DNA from: an uncultured Candidatus Saccharibacteria bacterium
GTDB lineage: Bacteria; Patescibacteriota; Minisyncoccia; Sungbacterales; HO2-52-23
Direction: 5' to 3'
Assembly (NCBI GenBank): GCA_964361495.1
Contig: CAYIAH010000002.1
Coordinates: forward strand, 6,217 to 40,759
Length of the DNA stretch: 34,543 nucleotides
Positions within the stretch are counted from its first letter, which is position 1. Every line of letters starts with the position of its first letter. A model generated the notes under the pieces. That model saw only the letters and a program-made list of their open reading frames with translations, searched no databases and was not told the DNA's origin. Below are positions 17,057-26,111 of this stretch, piece by piece. Made by a program: the position numbers and the translations under genes.

Positions 17057-18307
17057 ATGTCCGGAGAAAAAAAACATATTATCATCGTCGGCGGAGGATT
17101 TGGCGGAATCACCGCCGCACTGCATCTCGGCCGGCGCTATGCACAAAAACTTGCCCGCCGCGACTATGACCTTATCCTCATAGACCGCCACCGCCACCAG
17201 CTTTTCACTCCCGCGCTCTATGAGCTTGCCGCAATCCCGCGCGAATATGCGCTTGATACGTTTTTGGTTACCGCATCGCTTATTTCTCTCGAGACGATCA
17301 CACGAAGAATCCCCATTCGACTGCTTTCTGATGAATTTCTTTCCCTTGACACCGCGAGCCATTCCATTACGCTCGGCGGACAAGGAAGAATCCCGTATGC
17401 CTATCTGATCCTCGCGCTTGGATCAGAGACCAATTTTTTTGATATCCCGGGCCTCCGCGAACACGCGCTCACGCTCAAAACCGGCGATGACGCGGTCAGA
17501 CTCCGCAATAAAATCGAGGCTGCCGTTCGCCGCGGCGCGCCGCGGCTCAAAATTATTGTCGGCGGCGGCGGAGCAACGGGCGTGGAGCTTGCGGCGGAAC
17601 TCGTCAATTTCGTCTCGGCAATTCGGAAATACTCTCCTCAATCCCCATTCCGTACCGCGACCATTACGCTCATGGAAGCCGCGCCTCAGATTCTATCGGG
17701 ATTCCATCCTTCGGTTATCCGCCGTGCGCGAAAACGCCTTGAGTCCCTCGGCGTCGAAATCAAAACAGAAACCACAATTACTGCGGTTCGCGATCACGAA
17801 CTCGTCTGTGACGGCGGCGTGCATGAATCTTTTGATATTCTTATCTGGACCGGCGGCGTCAAAGGACCTTCAATCCTCTCAACGCTCGGGCTTCCGCTTT
17901 CTTCAAAAGGCGCGGTGCTTGTTGATGAGTATCTCACGGTTCAAAGCGCTCCCTCGGTAAAAGCGATCGGAGACAATGCCGCCTATAGAGATGCCCGGAC
18001 GGACATCTTCATGCCATGGACTATTCCCGCCGCCGAACATGAGGGACGCTATATTGCACATGAACTCATCAGAGAAATATCCGGCAAAAAAAAGAACCCG
18101 TTCAGGCCCTTCAAAAACTATCCATTTATACTCGCCGTCGGCAAAAAATACGCGATCGCGGATTTTGCGTTCATCCGACTCTCCGGATTCGCGGGGTGGC
18201 TTGTCAAGATTCTCGCGGAACTCCGCTATTTCACTCTTATTCTTCCTTTCCCGCGTGCAGTACGGATGTGGTGGAAAACCGTACGGCTTTACCGTTCCAA
18301 TGATTAG
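17057..18307 (+). CDS. NAD(P)/FAD-dependent oxidoreductase, type II NADH dehydrogenase family
   Basis: IVGGGFGG, FTPALYE, LILALGS..FFDIPG, GGGATGVELAAEL, IWTGGV, AIGD and a C-terminal amphipathic region. Confidence 0.88.
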   Translation: MSGEKKHIIIVGGGFGGITAALHLGRRYAQKLARRDYDLILIDRHRHQLFTPALYELAAIPREYALDTFLVTASLISLETITRRIPIRLLSDEFLSLDTASHSITLGGQGRIPYAYLILALGSETNFFDIPGLREHALTLKTGDDAVRLRNKIEAAVRRGAPRLKIIVGGGGATGVELAAELVNFVSAIRKYSPQSPFRTATITLMEAAPQILSGFHPSVIRRARKRLESLGVEIKTETTITAVRDHELVCDGGVHESFDILIWTGGVKGPSILSTLGLPLSSKGAVLVDEYLTVQSAPSVKAIGDNAAYRDARTDIFMPWTIPAAEHEGRYIAHELIREISGKKKNPFRPFKNYPFILAVGKKYAIADFAFIRLSGFAGWLVKILAELRYFTLILPFPRAVRMWWKTVRLYRSND

Positions 18308-18338
18308 TAACTAGTTACTGGTTACTGGTAACTAATCA
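18301..18338. repeat. Heptamer (TRGTWAC) tandem/inverted repeat between convergent stop codons
   Basis: TGATTAGTAACTAGTTACTGGTTACTGGTAACTAATCA; related copies at 14184-14223 and 28677-28725. Confidence 0.75.
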
Positions 18339-19093
18339 CTATGCCCCGCAGCGGCGAGGAGTATTTTTTCGAACTCTTTCGGACGAAGACTTGCGCCGCC
18401 GACAAGCGCGCCCCCCATGGCCCCCTCTTTGAGAAATCCCGAGATCGTAGCGGCCGTCACTGATCCGCCATAGATGAAACGGACATGCCGCGCCGCGGTG
18501 TATCCATACAGACCCGCGAGGACCCTGCGAAGGTAAAGCGACATTCGAAAAACGTTCTCCGGAGTATCCGGCTCCGCGCCCGGCATCGTACTGATCGCCC
18601 ACACCGGCTCATACGTCACCACGACATGCTTCAAAAGATTTTTTCTGATGCCGCGCAGCGCGTTTTTAAGCTGTCCGCCCACCACTGCGGGAGCTTCGTC
18701 CCCGCGCTCCCGTTCCCCGACGCACAGCACCGGCGTCATGCCGTGCTCAACAAGCGCCCTCGCTTTTTTATTAATCATCTCTTCGGTTTCTCCTGACCAG
18801 ATTTTCCGTTCCGAGTGCCCCACAATCACATACCGCGCGCCGATCTCTCTCAACTGACGCCATGAAATCTCGCCTGTATAGGGGCCGCCTTCTGCCCAAA
18901 ATGAGTTCTGCGCCCCGAGTTTCGCGCGATGGAGCGCTTCTTTTACCGGCAGAAGAAATGGGGCGGGGGGCACAATCACCACATCAAGACTTCGTGAAGA
19001 GGGAATTCGTTCTTCAATGGCGCGAGCGAGCCGCACCGCGCGTCCGGAGGTATCAGGATTTGATTTCCAATTCGCAATGATAAGTGTTTTCAT
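18332..19093 (-). CDS. tpiA: Triosephosphate isomerase
   Basis: ANWK, GPYTGEIS, GHSER, LCVGE, YEPVWAI, YGGSV, LVGGASL. Confidence 0.96.
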   Translation of the reverse strand: MKTLIIANWKSNPDTSGRAVRLARAIEERIPSSRSLDVVIVPPAPFLLPVKEALHRAKLGAQNSFWAEGGPYTGEISWRQLREIGARYVIVGHSERKIWSGETEEMINKKARALVEHGMTPVLCVGERERGDEAPAVVGGQLKNALRGIRKNLLKHVVVTYEPVWAISTMPGAEPDTPENVFRMSLYLRRVLAGLYGYTAARHVRFIYGGSVTAATISGFLKEGAMGGALVGGASLRPKEFEKILLAAAGHSD

Positions 19094-19100
19094 GAATCAT

Positions 19101-19261
19101 TAGACCCGTTGCGTAATAATCTTTCTGCTGCAATTTCCATATTTTGGTTGCGGCTTTGCAAAAATTTTTCAACAGATACTCTGTATATGCTTCAAAATTT
19201 TTGCTTCGCCTCGCTCAAAATCTGAAAATTTCGCTACGAAAATTATTACGCAACAGGTCTA
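19101..19261. mobile_element. MITE-like non-autonomous element with 20-bp terminal inverted repeats
   Basis: TAGACCCGTTGCGTAATAAT ... ATTATTACGCAACAGGTCTA (19/20 match), TA at both ends, internal arms also complementary, AT-rich, no credible ORF. Confidence 0.7.
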
Positions 19262-20269
19262 TTCAATATTTCTCAAAAACGCGGCCGCGGTCTCGGGCGC
19301 AATCGTCGAAATTTCGATGCCCGTCCCGATCTCAAATCCTGCCCAAATCGCGGTTTTCGGAAGAATTTCTACATGCCAGTGGTAATGGCCCAATTCCGGT
19401 TCCGAATCCTGCGTCGGCGCCGTATGAAAGAAAAAATTGTAATCGGGATTGCCCAGTCCATGATACAGTTTCGCGAGTGCCACGCGCAGTGCCGCCCCAA
19501 AAGCATAACGCTCTTCGGCGCTGATATCTTCAAACCGCGCGCTGTGCCGCCGGGGAACGAGCCGCAGTTCAAACGCGCTCTTTGATGCAAAGGGTGCGAA
19601 TACAATAAAATGCTTGTTTTCCCACACGAGCCGCTCTTTCACTTTCAATTCGTATGCGATCAACGTGCAGTACACACAGCTTTTATGCTCATGCTGGTAT
19701 GCCGCGGATCCCGTTAAGCTCCTGCCGAAGTCAGGAGGAATCACCGGCAGAGTGATAATTTGAGAATGAGGATGCGCGATTGTCGCCCCTGCGTGGCGTC
19801 CGTGATTATGAAAAATGGAGATATATTTTACATTCGGTTTTTCGCGAAGCGCCAAAAATCGTTCCTGATACGCCCGTACGACGAGTTCCGCCTCCGCATC
19901 GTCCATCAGACCGAACGACCGCTCGTGGTCGCGCGTGACGACAACCTCATGAAAACCAATCCCCTCCATCCAATGATACGGTCCCGCTTGACGCCGAGAC
20001 GCATGCATACCCGAGCCCAGCGCCGGATATTTGTTGGAAACAACTTCAACCCACCAATCACTCTCGTCTCTACCCTTTTTCGCCCCGCCATGCATAAACA
20101 TAAGGAGGGATTTTTCTGCACGGCGCTCGAAAGGGCACATGCGGCGCGACCGCGTAGATTCGGACCGTCTTTCTTTAAGAAAATCATCCGGACGCTTCGC
20201 CCGCCCGGTCGCGACGACGACCCAGTCGCCCGAAACGATATCCTGTCGCAATTCAGAAACGGATGTCAT
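19259..20269 (-). CDS. galT: Galactose-1-phosphate uridylyltransferase family protein
   Basis: SELRQD..W....RAKRP, CPF, NKYPAL, HEVVV, NHG..AGATIAHPHSQ, HWHVEILP, GFEIGTG. Confidence 0.9.
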   Translation of the reverse strand: MTSVSELRQDIVSGDWVVVATGRAKRPDDFLKERRSESTRSRRMCPFERRAEKSLLMFMHGGAKKGRDESDWWVEVVSNKYPALGSGMHASRRQAGPYHWMEGIGFHEVVVTRDHERSFGLMDDAEAELVVRAYQERFLALREKPNVKYISIFHNHGRHAGATIAHPHSQIITLPVIPPDFGRSLTGSAAYQHEHKSCVYCTLIAYELKVKERLVWENKHFIVFAPFASKSAFELRLVPRRHSARFEDISAEERYAFGAALRVALAKLYHGLGNPDYNFFFHTAPTQDSEPELGHYHWHVEILPKTAIWAGFEIGTGIEISTIAPETAAAFLRNIE

Positions 20270-21008
20270 GCGGTTTTTTTATATCGTATTTATTGACCGC
20301 CAAATTCCACCTGATTCTGAACACGTCGCGAAGCACTTCAAAATAGGTCTTCGGCGTCACTTTACTCTCCGGCTCAAATCGCCAGCGCACCGGGATGATC
20401 CCGATCTTATATTTCAGCTGCCGCGCGAGCGCGAGCGCCTCAACGTCAAATGAAAATCCGGTCATGCGCGTTCGGGAGAAAATGTTTTCTGCGGCGGATG
20501 CAGTGAATCCCTTGAAACCGTTCTGCGTATCGTGAATGCCGGATACGCCCACCAACCGGATAATGCGGTTTCCGAGCGCCCCCAGTATCTCGCGATAGCG
20601 CGGCTCTTCAACATCCCGCCCGGCGCCCGGCGCGTCTTTCGCATTTCGTGACGATATCACCACGTCGCATCCGCGGGCAAAAAAGGGTTCCATTAAATCA
20701 AACGATTGAGGAGACGTTGAGTTATCCGCATCCGAGAAGACACGAATCGCGCCCCGCGCTTTCAGCATGCCCTGTTTTACGGCCCAACCCTTTCCATGGT
20801 TCTCGGCGGCAATAAGAGAAAGGTCGGGTATAAAATGTGCCAGGTTTTTCACAATCTCGCCGGTGCGGTCGCGCGAGGAAGAATCCACAACGATAATTTC
20901 GTACCCGTCCGGAAAATTCTTTGACTTCAAGTACGCCTCTGTCTCGCGCAGTGTTTTTTCAATCCGCTTCTCTTCGTTATACGCGGGGATGATCCAGGAA
21001 AGATACAA
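20253..21008 (-). CDS. Glycosyltransferase family 2 (dolichyl-phosphate glucosyltransferase-like)
   Basis: LSWIIPAYNEE, EIIVVD.SS.D.T, NHGKG.AV, FSDAD, DTQNGFK, FSFDVE; TTG start with an in-frame TAG two codons upstream. Confidence 0.9.
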   Translation of the reverse strand: MYLSWIIPAYNEEKRIEKTLRETEAYLKSKNFPDGYEIIVVDSSSRDRTGEIVKNLAHFIPDLSLIAAENHGKGWAVKQGMLKARGAIRVFSDADNSTSPQSFDLMEPFFARGCDVVISSRNAKDAPGAGRDVEEPRYREILGALGNRIIRLVGVSGIHDTQNGFKGFTASAAENIFSRTRMTGFSFDVEALALARQLKYKIGIIPVRWRFEPESKVTPKTYFEVLRDVFRIRWNLAVNKYDIKKPHDIRF

Positions 21009-21009
21009 A

Positions 21010-21080
21010 TTCTATTTTCTATTTTCAATTTTCAATTTTCAAAATTTTTGGAAATTGAAATACTGAAAATTGGTTGGAAT
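21010..21080. repeat. Heptamer (ATTTTCA / TGAAAAT) tandem-inverted repeat
   Basis: (ATTTTCW) tandem followed by degenerate reverse-complement units; same architecture as 26498-26583. Confidence 0.7.
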
Positions 21081-21467
21081 TTATCTTATTCTATCCAAAT
21101 ACGATTGCAAAATGAGCGCCGCGGACGATGCGTCTCTGTGCTCTTTTTTAACTCCGGCCTGCCGCGCGATCTTTGTGGTGAGCATCTCGTTTTCAAATGC
21201 GACGGCGCATTTTATCTGTTTTTGAAGAACCCGGGCAAATGCGCGGACCTCCTCCGTCATTTTCGTTTCGCGGCCGTCAAGCGAGGCGGGCAATCCGATA
21301 ACGACCTGCTCGATTTTTTCGCACTTCATGAGTTCCGCGATTTCCCGAATCGCCTGTACCGTCGAATGACGCGTGAGGACCCTCCGGGGAAATGCAATCT
21401 TTCCCTCCGGATCAGAAATCGCAATCCCAATCCGTTTCCTTCCGTAATCAATGCCAAGATGCCTCAT
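21081..21467 (-). CDS. ruvX: YqgF/RuvX family nuclease (pre-16S rRNA processing / resolvase-like)
   Basis: LGIDYGRKRIGIAISD, VIGLP, ENEMLTT, DASSAALILQSYLD. Confidence 0.93.
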   Translation of the reverse strand: MRHLGIDYGRKRIGIAISDPEGKIAFPRRVLTRHSTVQAIREIAELMKCEKIEQVVIGLPASLDGRETKMTEEVRAFARVLQKQIKCAVAFENEMLTTKIARQAGVKKEHRDASSAALILQSYLDRIR

Positions 21468-21514
21468 CAATTCCTATCTTACGCGACAATCGTGCTGCCC
21501 GCAATAATACGATA

Positions 21515-22312
21515 TCACGCCATCGTAAGCACTTCCGCGCCTTCATGCGTCACCGCGACCGTGTGCTCAAAATGCGCGGCGATACTCCCGTCAGCCGTTT
21601 TGAAAGTCCATTCATCATCTTCCAGTATGACGCGCCAATCGCCAAGAGTCGCCATGGGCTCAATCGCAATCACCATTCCCTCTTTCAACTCGGCGCCGGT
21701 GCCTTCTCTGCCATAATTTGGAATGAGCGGCTCTTCGTGCACCCGATATCCAACGCCATGCCCCGCAAGATCCCGGATAATGCCGAGATTATTTTTTCCC
21801 AGATGCGCCCCGACAGCCGCGCCGATATCGCCGACGCGCGCACCAGGCCGCACGGCGCGAATGCCAATCTCAAGCGCCTCTCGCGTCGCACGAATCAAAT
21901 GTTCCGCTTCTCGCGAAATTTTTCCGATTCCCGCGGTCACTGCCATATCCGTACATAAAGATGGTAAACTTTTTGCTTTATCCGGCCACCACATTCCCAC
22001 ATCAATCCCGACCACATCGCCCTTTTTCAGCAACACCGCGCGGCGCGGAATCGCATGCACCACCTCATTGTTTATCGAGACGCAAATACTGCACGGATAG
22101 GACGCGCGCGCATCTTTGATTTTATAGCCCTTAAACGACGGTACGCCACCCGCTTCGCGCATCAAATGCTCTCCGAGGATATCAAGATCATACGTTGAGA
22201 CTCCGGGACGGGCCGCCGCGACAATCGCATCCAGAATCTCGGCAAGGCGCTTGCCGCCTTCGCGCAGTATCGCAATTTCTTCATGACTTTTAATAGTAAT
22301 CGCCATGGTCAT
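21515..22312 (-). CDS. map: Methionine aminopeptidase type I
   Basis: CVSINNEVVHAIP, D..D metal ligands, GHGVG..VHEEP, AIEPM, AHFEHT. ATG 22312 overlaps the adk stop (ATGA). Confidence 0.96.
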   Translation of the reverse strand: MTMAITIKSHEEIAILREGGKRLAEILDAIVAAARPGVSTYDLDILGEHLMREAGGVPSFKGYKIKDARASYPCSICVSINNEVVHAIPRRAVLLKKGDVVGIDVGMWWPDKAKSLPSLCTDMAVTAGIGKISREAEHLIRATREALEIGIRAVRPGARVGDIGAAVGAHLGKNNLGIIRDLAGHGVGYRVHEEPLIPNYGREGTGAELKEGMVIAIEPMATLGDWRVILEDDEWTFKTADGSIAAHFEHTVAVTHEGAEVLTMA

Positions 22313-22932
22313 AGTGACCCCCATTTTTTGCCGATTTTCTTCTTGTTCTTGAGCATTGTCTCCAAATCACGCCACACGTCTTCTACCGATTGTTCGCCGT
22401 TAATTCGTATAAGCCGTCCGCTCTTTTCGTAATAGTGAATCACTGGCACGACAAAATGAGTAAACGCCCAGAGCCGCCCGCGGATTGCGGCGGGGTTATC
22501 ATCTGCGCGGCCGCGGCTCAACAGCCGCCGCCCCGCCTCCTTTGCGCTCACTTCAATGATGATCGCAATCGGCAAGGGACGCCTATGCCATGCCATAATT
22601 TCATCAATCACGCGCGCCTCCCACTCCATGCGCGGAGATCCGTCAAACACCAAATGCTTGCCGCCGTGCCCGCCCTCAATAAATTCATTAAGCCATGCAA
22701 AAAGCGCGAGCCACGGCGGCACAAATTGGCCCTTTCTCAATACTTCGCGACTCAATGATGTCGTCGGATTATCGTAACGCTCATTGAGCGCACGAAGAAA
22801 CCGCCCCGTCTCAAATCGGAATCCCTTTCCCCCGAATCGCTTCATCAAAAGTTCCGCCTGCGTTCCCTTGCCGGAACCGGAGCGGCCGAGGATTACGAAT
22901 GCAAGTTTATTTTTTAGGTCGAGGATTCTCAT
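22309..22932 (-). CDS. adk: Adenylate kinase (short-LID type)
   Basis: GRSGSGKGTQ, DGSPR, LLSRGRADD; canonical secY-adk-map position. Confidence 0.88.
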   Translation of the reverse strand: MRILDLKNKLAFVILGRSGSGKGTQAELLMKRFGGKGFRFETGRFLRALNERYDNPTTSLSREVLRKGQFVPPWLALFAWLNEFIEGGHGGKHLVFDGSPRMEWEARVIDEIMAWHRRPLPIAIIIEVSAKEAGRRLLSRGRADDNPAAIRGRLWAFTHFVVPVIHYYEKSGRLIRINGEQSVEDVWRDLETMLKNKKKIGKKWGSL

Positions 22933-24204
22933 TTACATATTCTCATACTCTCTCATCACCACCTGCGCTTCAATCTGCTTCATGGTTTCCAGTACCACTG
23001 ATACCACAATAAGGAGCGCGGTGCCGCCGATCGTCAGCGCCTGCACTCGAAATGCATTCTGAACGAGAATTGGCAGCACCGCAATCACGCCAAGGAAAAG
23101 CCCGCCCGCGAGCGTAATGCGGCTAATAATGTAGGCGAGAAACTCCGCCGTCGGCTTGCCCGGCCGCACCCCCAAGATAAACCCGCCCTGTTTCTGAATA
23201 TTTTCGGCAATCGCGTTCGGATCAAAAGTCACGGCCGTATAGAAATAGGTGAACACGAACACCATCAAGAAATATACCGCTCCGTACGCCCACTGATTAT
23301 TAAATGCCTGAATAAGAAACCGCGATATCTCCTGCATATACGGATTCGGAATCCCCGCAAGAAAACTCCCGATCAGTCCCGGAAAAAGAATAACCGACAC
23401 CGCAAAAATAATGGGAATCACTCCTGCCTGATTGACGCGCAACGGCAGATGAGTCGACACGCCGCCGTAAAGCCGCATGCCCCGTATCCGCTTTGCATAT
23501 GAGACCGGGATATTGCGCTGGCCCTCGGTGATGAAAACCACCCCCGCAATCACCGCAATGCTCGTCACCAAAAACACAAGGAAAAAAGGAAGTTTGTCCG
23601 GCGTGAAGGTAAACAACTCCTGCTGCAGCGACCGCGGAAGCGTCGCCACAATACCCGCAAAAATGAGAAGCGAGATGCCGTTACCGATTCCTTTTTCCGT
23701 GATAAGCTCACCGAGCCACATAAGAAACATCGTCCCTGCGGTAATCACAATCATATTTGACAGATACCCCAAGGGACCAAGCGGCGGGATTACCCCCTGA
23801 CGAATCAGAAGCACGAGAAGTCCGTATGCTTGCACGAATCCGAGCGGCACAGCGAGAAACCGCGTGTAGTGGTTAAATCGCGTTCTCCCCGCCTCACCTT
23901 CTTCATGATATATTTCTTTAAGCCGCGGCACGAGCATAGTCAAAAGCTGCATGATGATGGAAGCCGTGATATACGGGCCCACGCCGAGCATCACGATTGA
24001 AAGATTATCAAGCACGCCGCCGGAGAAAATATTGAAAAGGCCGAAGAATTGGTTTCCTGTAAGAAACGACTTGAGCCGCAGGGGATCCACTCCCGGGACC
24101 GGAATCATTGCCGCCACGCGAAAAACCACCAGCATTGAGATCACAAACAACACTTTTCTCCGCAAGTCCGGAATCGTAAAAAGAAGAGAAAATTTACGGA
24201 ACAT
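22933..24204 (-). CDS. secY: Preprotein translocase subunit SecY
   Basis: LGVGPYITASIIMQLL, WLGELITEKGIGNGISLLIF, AGVIPIIFA, GVRPG, GGTALLIVVSV. Confidence 0.98.
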   Translation of the reverse strand: MFRKFSLLFTIPDLRRKVLFVISMLVVFRVAAMIPVPGVDPLRLKSFLTGNQFFGLFNIFSGGVLDNLSIVMLGVGPYITASIIMQLLTMLVPRLKEIYHEEGEAGRTRFNHYTRFLAVPLGFVQAYGLLVLLIRQGVIPPLGPLGYLSNMIVITAGTMFLMWLGELITEKGIGNGISLLIFAGIVATLPRSLQQELFTFTPDKLPFFLVFLVTSIAVIAGVVFITEGQRNIPVSYAKRIRGMRLYGGVSTHLPLRVNQAGVIPIIFAVSVILFPGLIGSFLAGIPNPYMQEISRFLIQAFNNQWAYGAVYFLMVFVFTYFYTAVTFDPNAIAENIQKQGGFILGVRPGKPTAEFLAYIISRITLAGGLFLGVIAVLPILVQNAFRVQALTIGGTALLIVVSVVLETMKQIEAQVVMREYENM

Positions 24205-24616
24205 GTATATCGGGGACGCCCTCTTTATTCCGAGAAAAAGAGACGCCCCTGAAGGAAAACTTTTTCTTGATACCCCCCGCGCCGAGTATCTTCACCGCGG
24301 GCATTCGTCCTTTTGCTTTATGGATGAGTCCCGCCCGAAGGAGGGTCTCGGGCGATACCGTGTCCCCTTCGTTAAATTTCTTTTCAAGAGCCGCGCCGCT
24401 CACCACTGCGGGTTTTTCCCGGAACGATTTAAATTTATAGCCGCGCAGTTTCGGAATTTTTTTGAGAATCTCGCGCTCGGCTGGCCTCCTTTTTGCGCCG
24501 GCGCGCGCGCCCATACCCTTGATGCCGCGGCCCGAATACGTGCCGCGTTTGCCGCCCCTGCCGATCCGCCGCGCTCTGCGGCCTCGGTGATATGGTTGTA
24601 ATTGATGCGCCTGCAT
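24194..24616 (-). CDS. rplO: 50S ribosomal protein uL15
   Basis: RIGRGGKRGTYSGRGIKG..AR, PKLRG, VKILG; operon position. Confidence 0.92.
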   Translation of the reverse strand: MQAHQLQPYHRGRRARRIGRGGKRGTYSGRGIKGMGARAGAKRRPAEREILKKIPKLRGYKFKSFREKPAVVSGAALEKKFNEGDTVSPETLLRAGLIHKAKGRMPAVKILGAGGIKKKFSFRGVSFSRNKEGVPDIHVP

Positions 24617-24642
24617 AGAAGATAAAAATCACCCGGCAAACA

Positions 24643-25134
24643 TTATGCGTTTTGGTTTTTAACTTTTAATTTTTTGAGCGCCTCCATTGCCGCGCGTCCG
24701 TTATTCAATTTATTGACGGTGCGTCCCAGGATTTTTGCCGTCATGTTTTTGATTCCCGCCATATCCGCAATCACCCGCACCGGCCCGCCCGCAACAAGAC
24801 CCTTGCCTTCCCGCGCCGGCTTCATGATGAGATGCGCGGATGCATATTTTGCGTCCGTCTCGTGAGGAATACTCTTCTCATGCGTGAGCGGAACAGTGAT
24901 CAATTGCTTTCGCGCTTGATACACTGCTTTTTCAATCGCGTTCGACACATCCGCTCCTTTTCCGACCCCAAGCCCCACTTTTCCGTTCCGATTCCCTATC
25001 ACGACGACTGCGCGAAAACTAAACCGCCGTCCTCCCGCCACCACGCGGGCAGTGCGGCGGATATCAAGCGTCCTCTGATCAAATTCCGACTTCTCTGAAG
25101 ACCGGCCGTATGGCCCTGTTCGTCGTACCATCAT
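24643..25134 (-). CDS. rpsE: 30S ribosomal protein uS5
   Basis: VVAGGRRFSFRAVVVIGN, GLVAGGPVR. Confidence 0.96.
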   Translation of the reverse strand: MMVRRTGPYGRSSEKSEFDQRTLDIRRTARVVAGGRRFSFRAVVVIGNRNGKVGLGVGKGADVSNAIEKAVYQARKQLITVPLTHEKSIPHETDAKYASAHLIMKPAREGKGLVAGGPVRVIADMAGIKNMTAKILGRTVNKLNNGRAAMEALKKLKVKNQNA

Positions 25135-25147
25135 AAATATTTAAAGT

Positions 25148-25510
25148 TTAAATTTTTAAACCGCCTTCCCGCGCGCTTTCAGCGACCGCTTTTACCGCTC
25201 CGTGATACGTATAGCCCCCCCGGTCAAAAACGGCCCGCACAATTCCTTGTGCGCGCGCCTTCTCGGCAAGATCTGCGCCGACGCGCCCTGCGCGCGCCAC
25301 CTTATTTTTGTTTTTCATTCTTTTGCGATCGCGGGAACCTGCTTCGTCATATGCCGCAACAAGCGTCATGCCGTGCGCGTCATCAATAAGCTGCGCGCCG
25401 ATGTGCCGATTAGAACGAAAAATCGCCATCCGGGGCCGATCTGCAGTGCCCCGTATTTTGGCCCGTACCCGACGATGGCGTCTTATTCGTTTTTCACGCG
25501 CGGTATTCAT
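25148..25510 (-). CDS. rplR: 50S ribosomal protein uL18
   Basis: RPRMAIFRSNRHI.AQLIDD, VFDRGGY.YHG. Confidence 0.96.
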   Translation of the reverse strand: MNTAREKRIRRHRRVRAKIRGTADRPRMAIFRSNRHIGAQLIDDAHGMTLVAAYDEAGSRDRKRMKNKNKVARAGRVGADLAEKARAQGIVRAVFDRGGYTYHGAVKAVAESAREGGLKI

Positions 25511-25554
25511 ACTCCATCTTTATATTAAATCTTACATCATTTTTTATGACTCTT

Positions 25555-26100
25555 TTATGATGCGGCGGTGATCGCTTTCTTTCCCGCCTTTCTTCGAATC
25601 ACCTCTCCGCGGTACCTGATGCCTTTTCCTTTATACGGCTCCGGGGGCTTCAACGCGCGGATGCGGGCGGCGGTCTCGCCAACGAGCGCTTTATCGACGC
25701 CGGTGATCGTGATCACATTCTTCTCAATCCCCAGCATGATTCCCTGCGGAGAGCTAAACCGCACCGGATGAGAAAATCCGAGCTGGAAAATGAGCGTCTG
25801 TCCGTCGAGTTGCGCACGAAATCCTATTCCCTCATATTCCAATTCTTTGCGAAAACCGCGATCAACTCCTTCAACCATATTCGCAATCAATGAACGGGTG
25901 AGCCCCCAAAGCGCCGCGCTCTTTTTTGACTGGCGGCGAGGCGTAACCCGCACTTCGCGACCCTCAACGACAGCCCCGATATCACGATGAAGCCGGTGCG
26001 CGAGTTCTCCTTTAGGCCCTTTCGCGGATACCACAAAATCAGCGACGGACACCGCCACTCCATCGGGCACTGCAATTGGTTTTTGACCTATACGACTCAT
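25555..26100 (-). CDS. rplF: 50S ribosomal protein uL6
   Basis: MSRIG..P, GFSHP, PEPYKGKGIRY. Confidence 0.97.
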   Translation of the reverse strand: MSRIGQKPIAVPDGVAVSVADFVVSAKGPKGELAHRLHRDIGAVVEGREVRVTPRRQSKKSAALWGLTRSLIANMVEGVDRGFRKELEYEGIGFRAQLDGQTLIFQLGFSHPVRFSSPQGIMLGIEKNVITITGVDKALVGETAARIRALKPPEPYKGKGIRYRGEVIRRKAGKKAITAAS

Positions 26101-26111
26101 GATTTTTCACT

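Noticed and set aside
16797-17383. 128-aa and 151-aa ORFs across the pgk-ndh spacer
   Set aside because: They overlap ndh, have no recognisable motifs, and are explained by GC-rich hairpin DNA.
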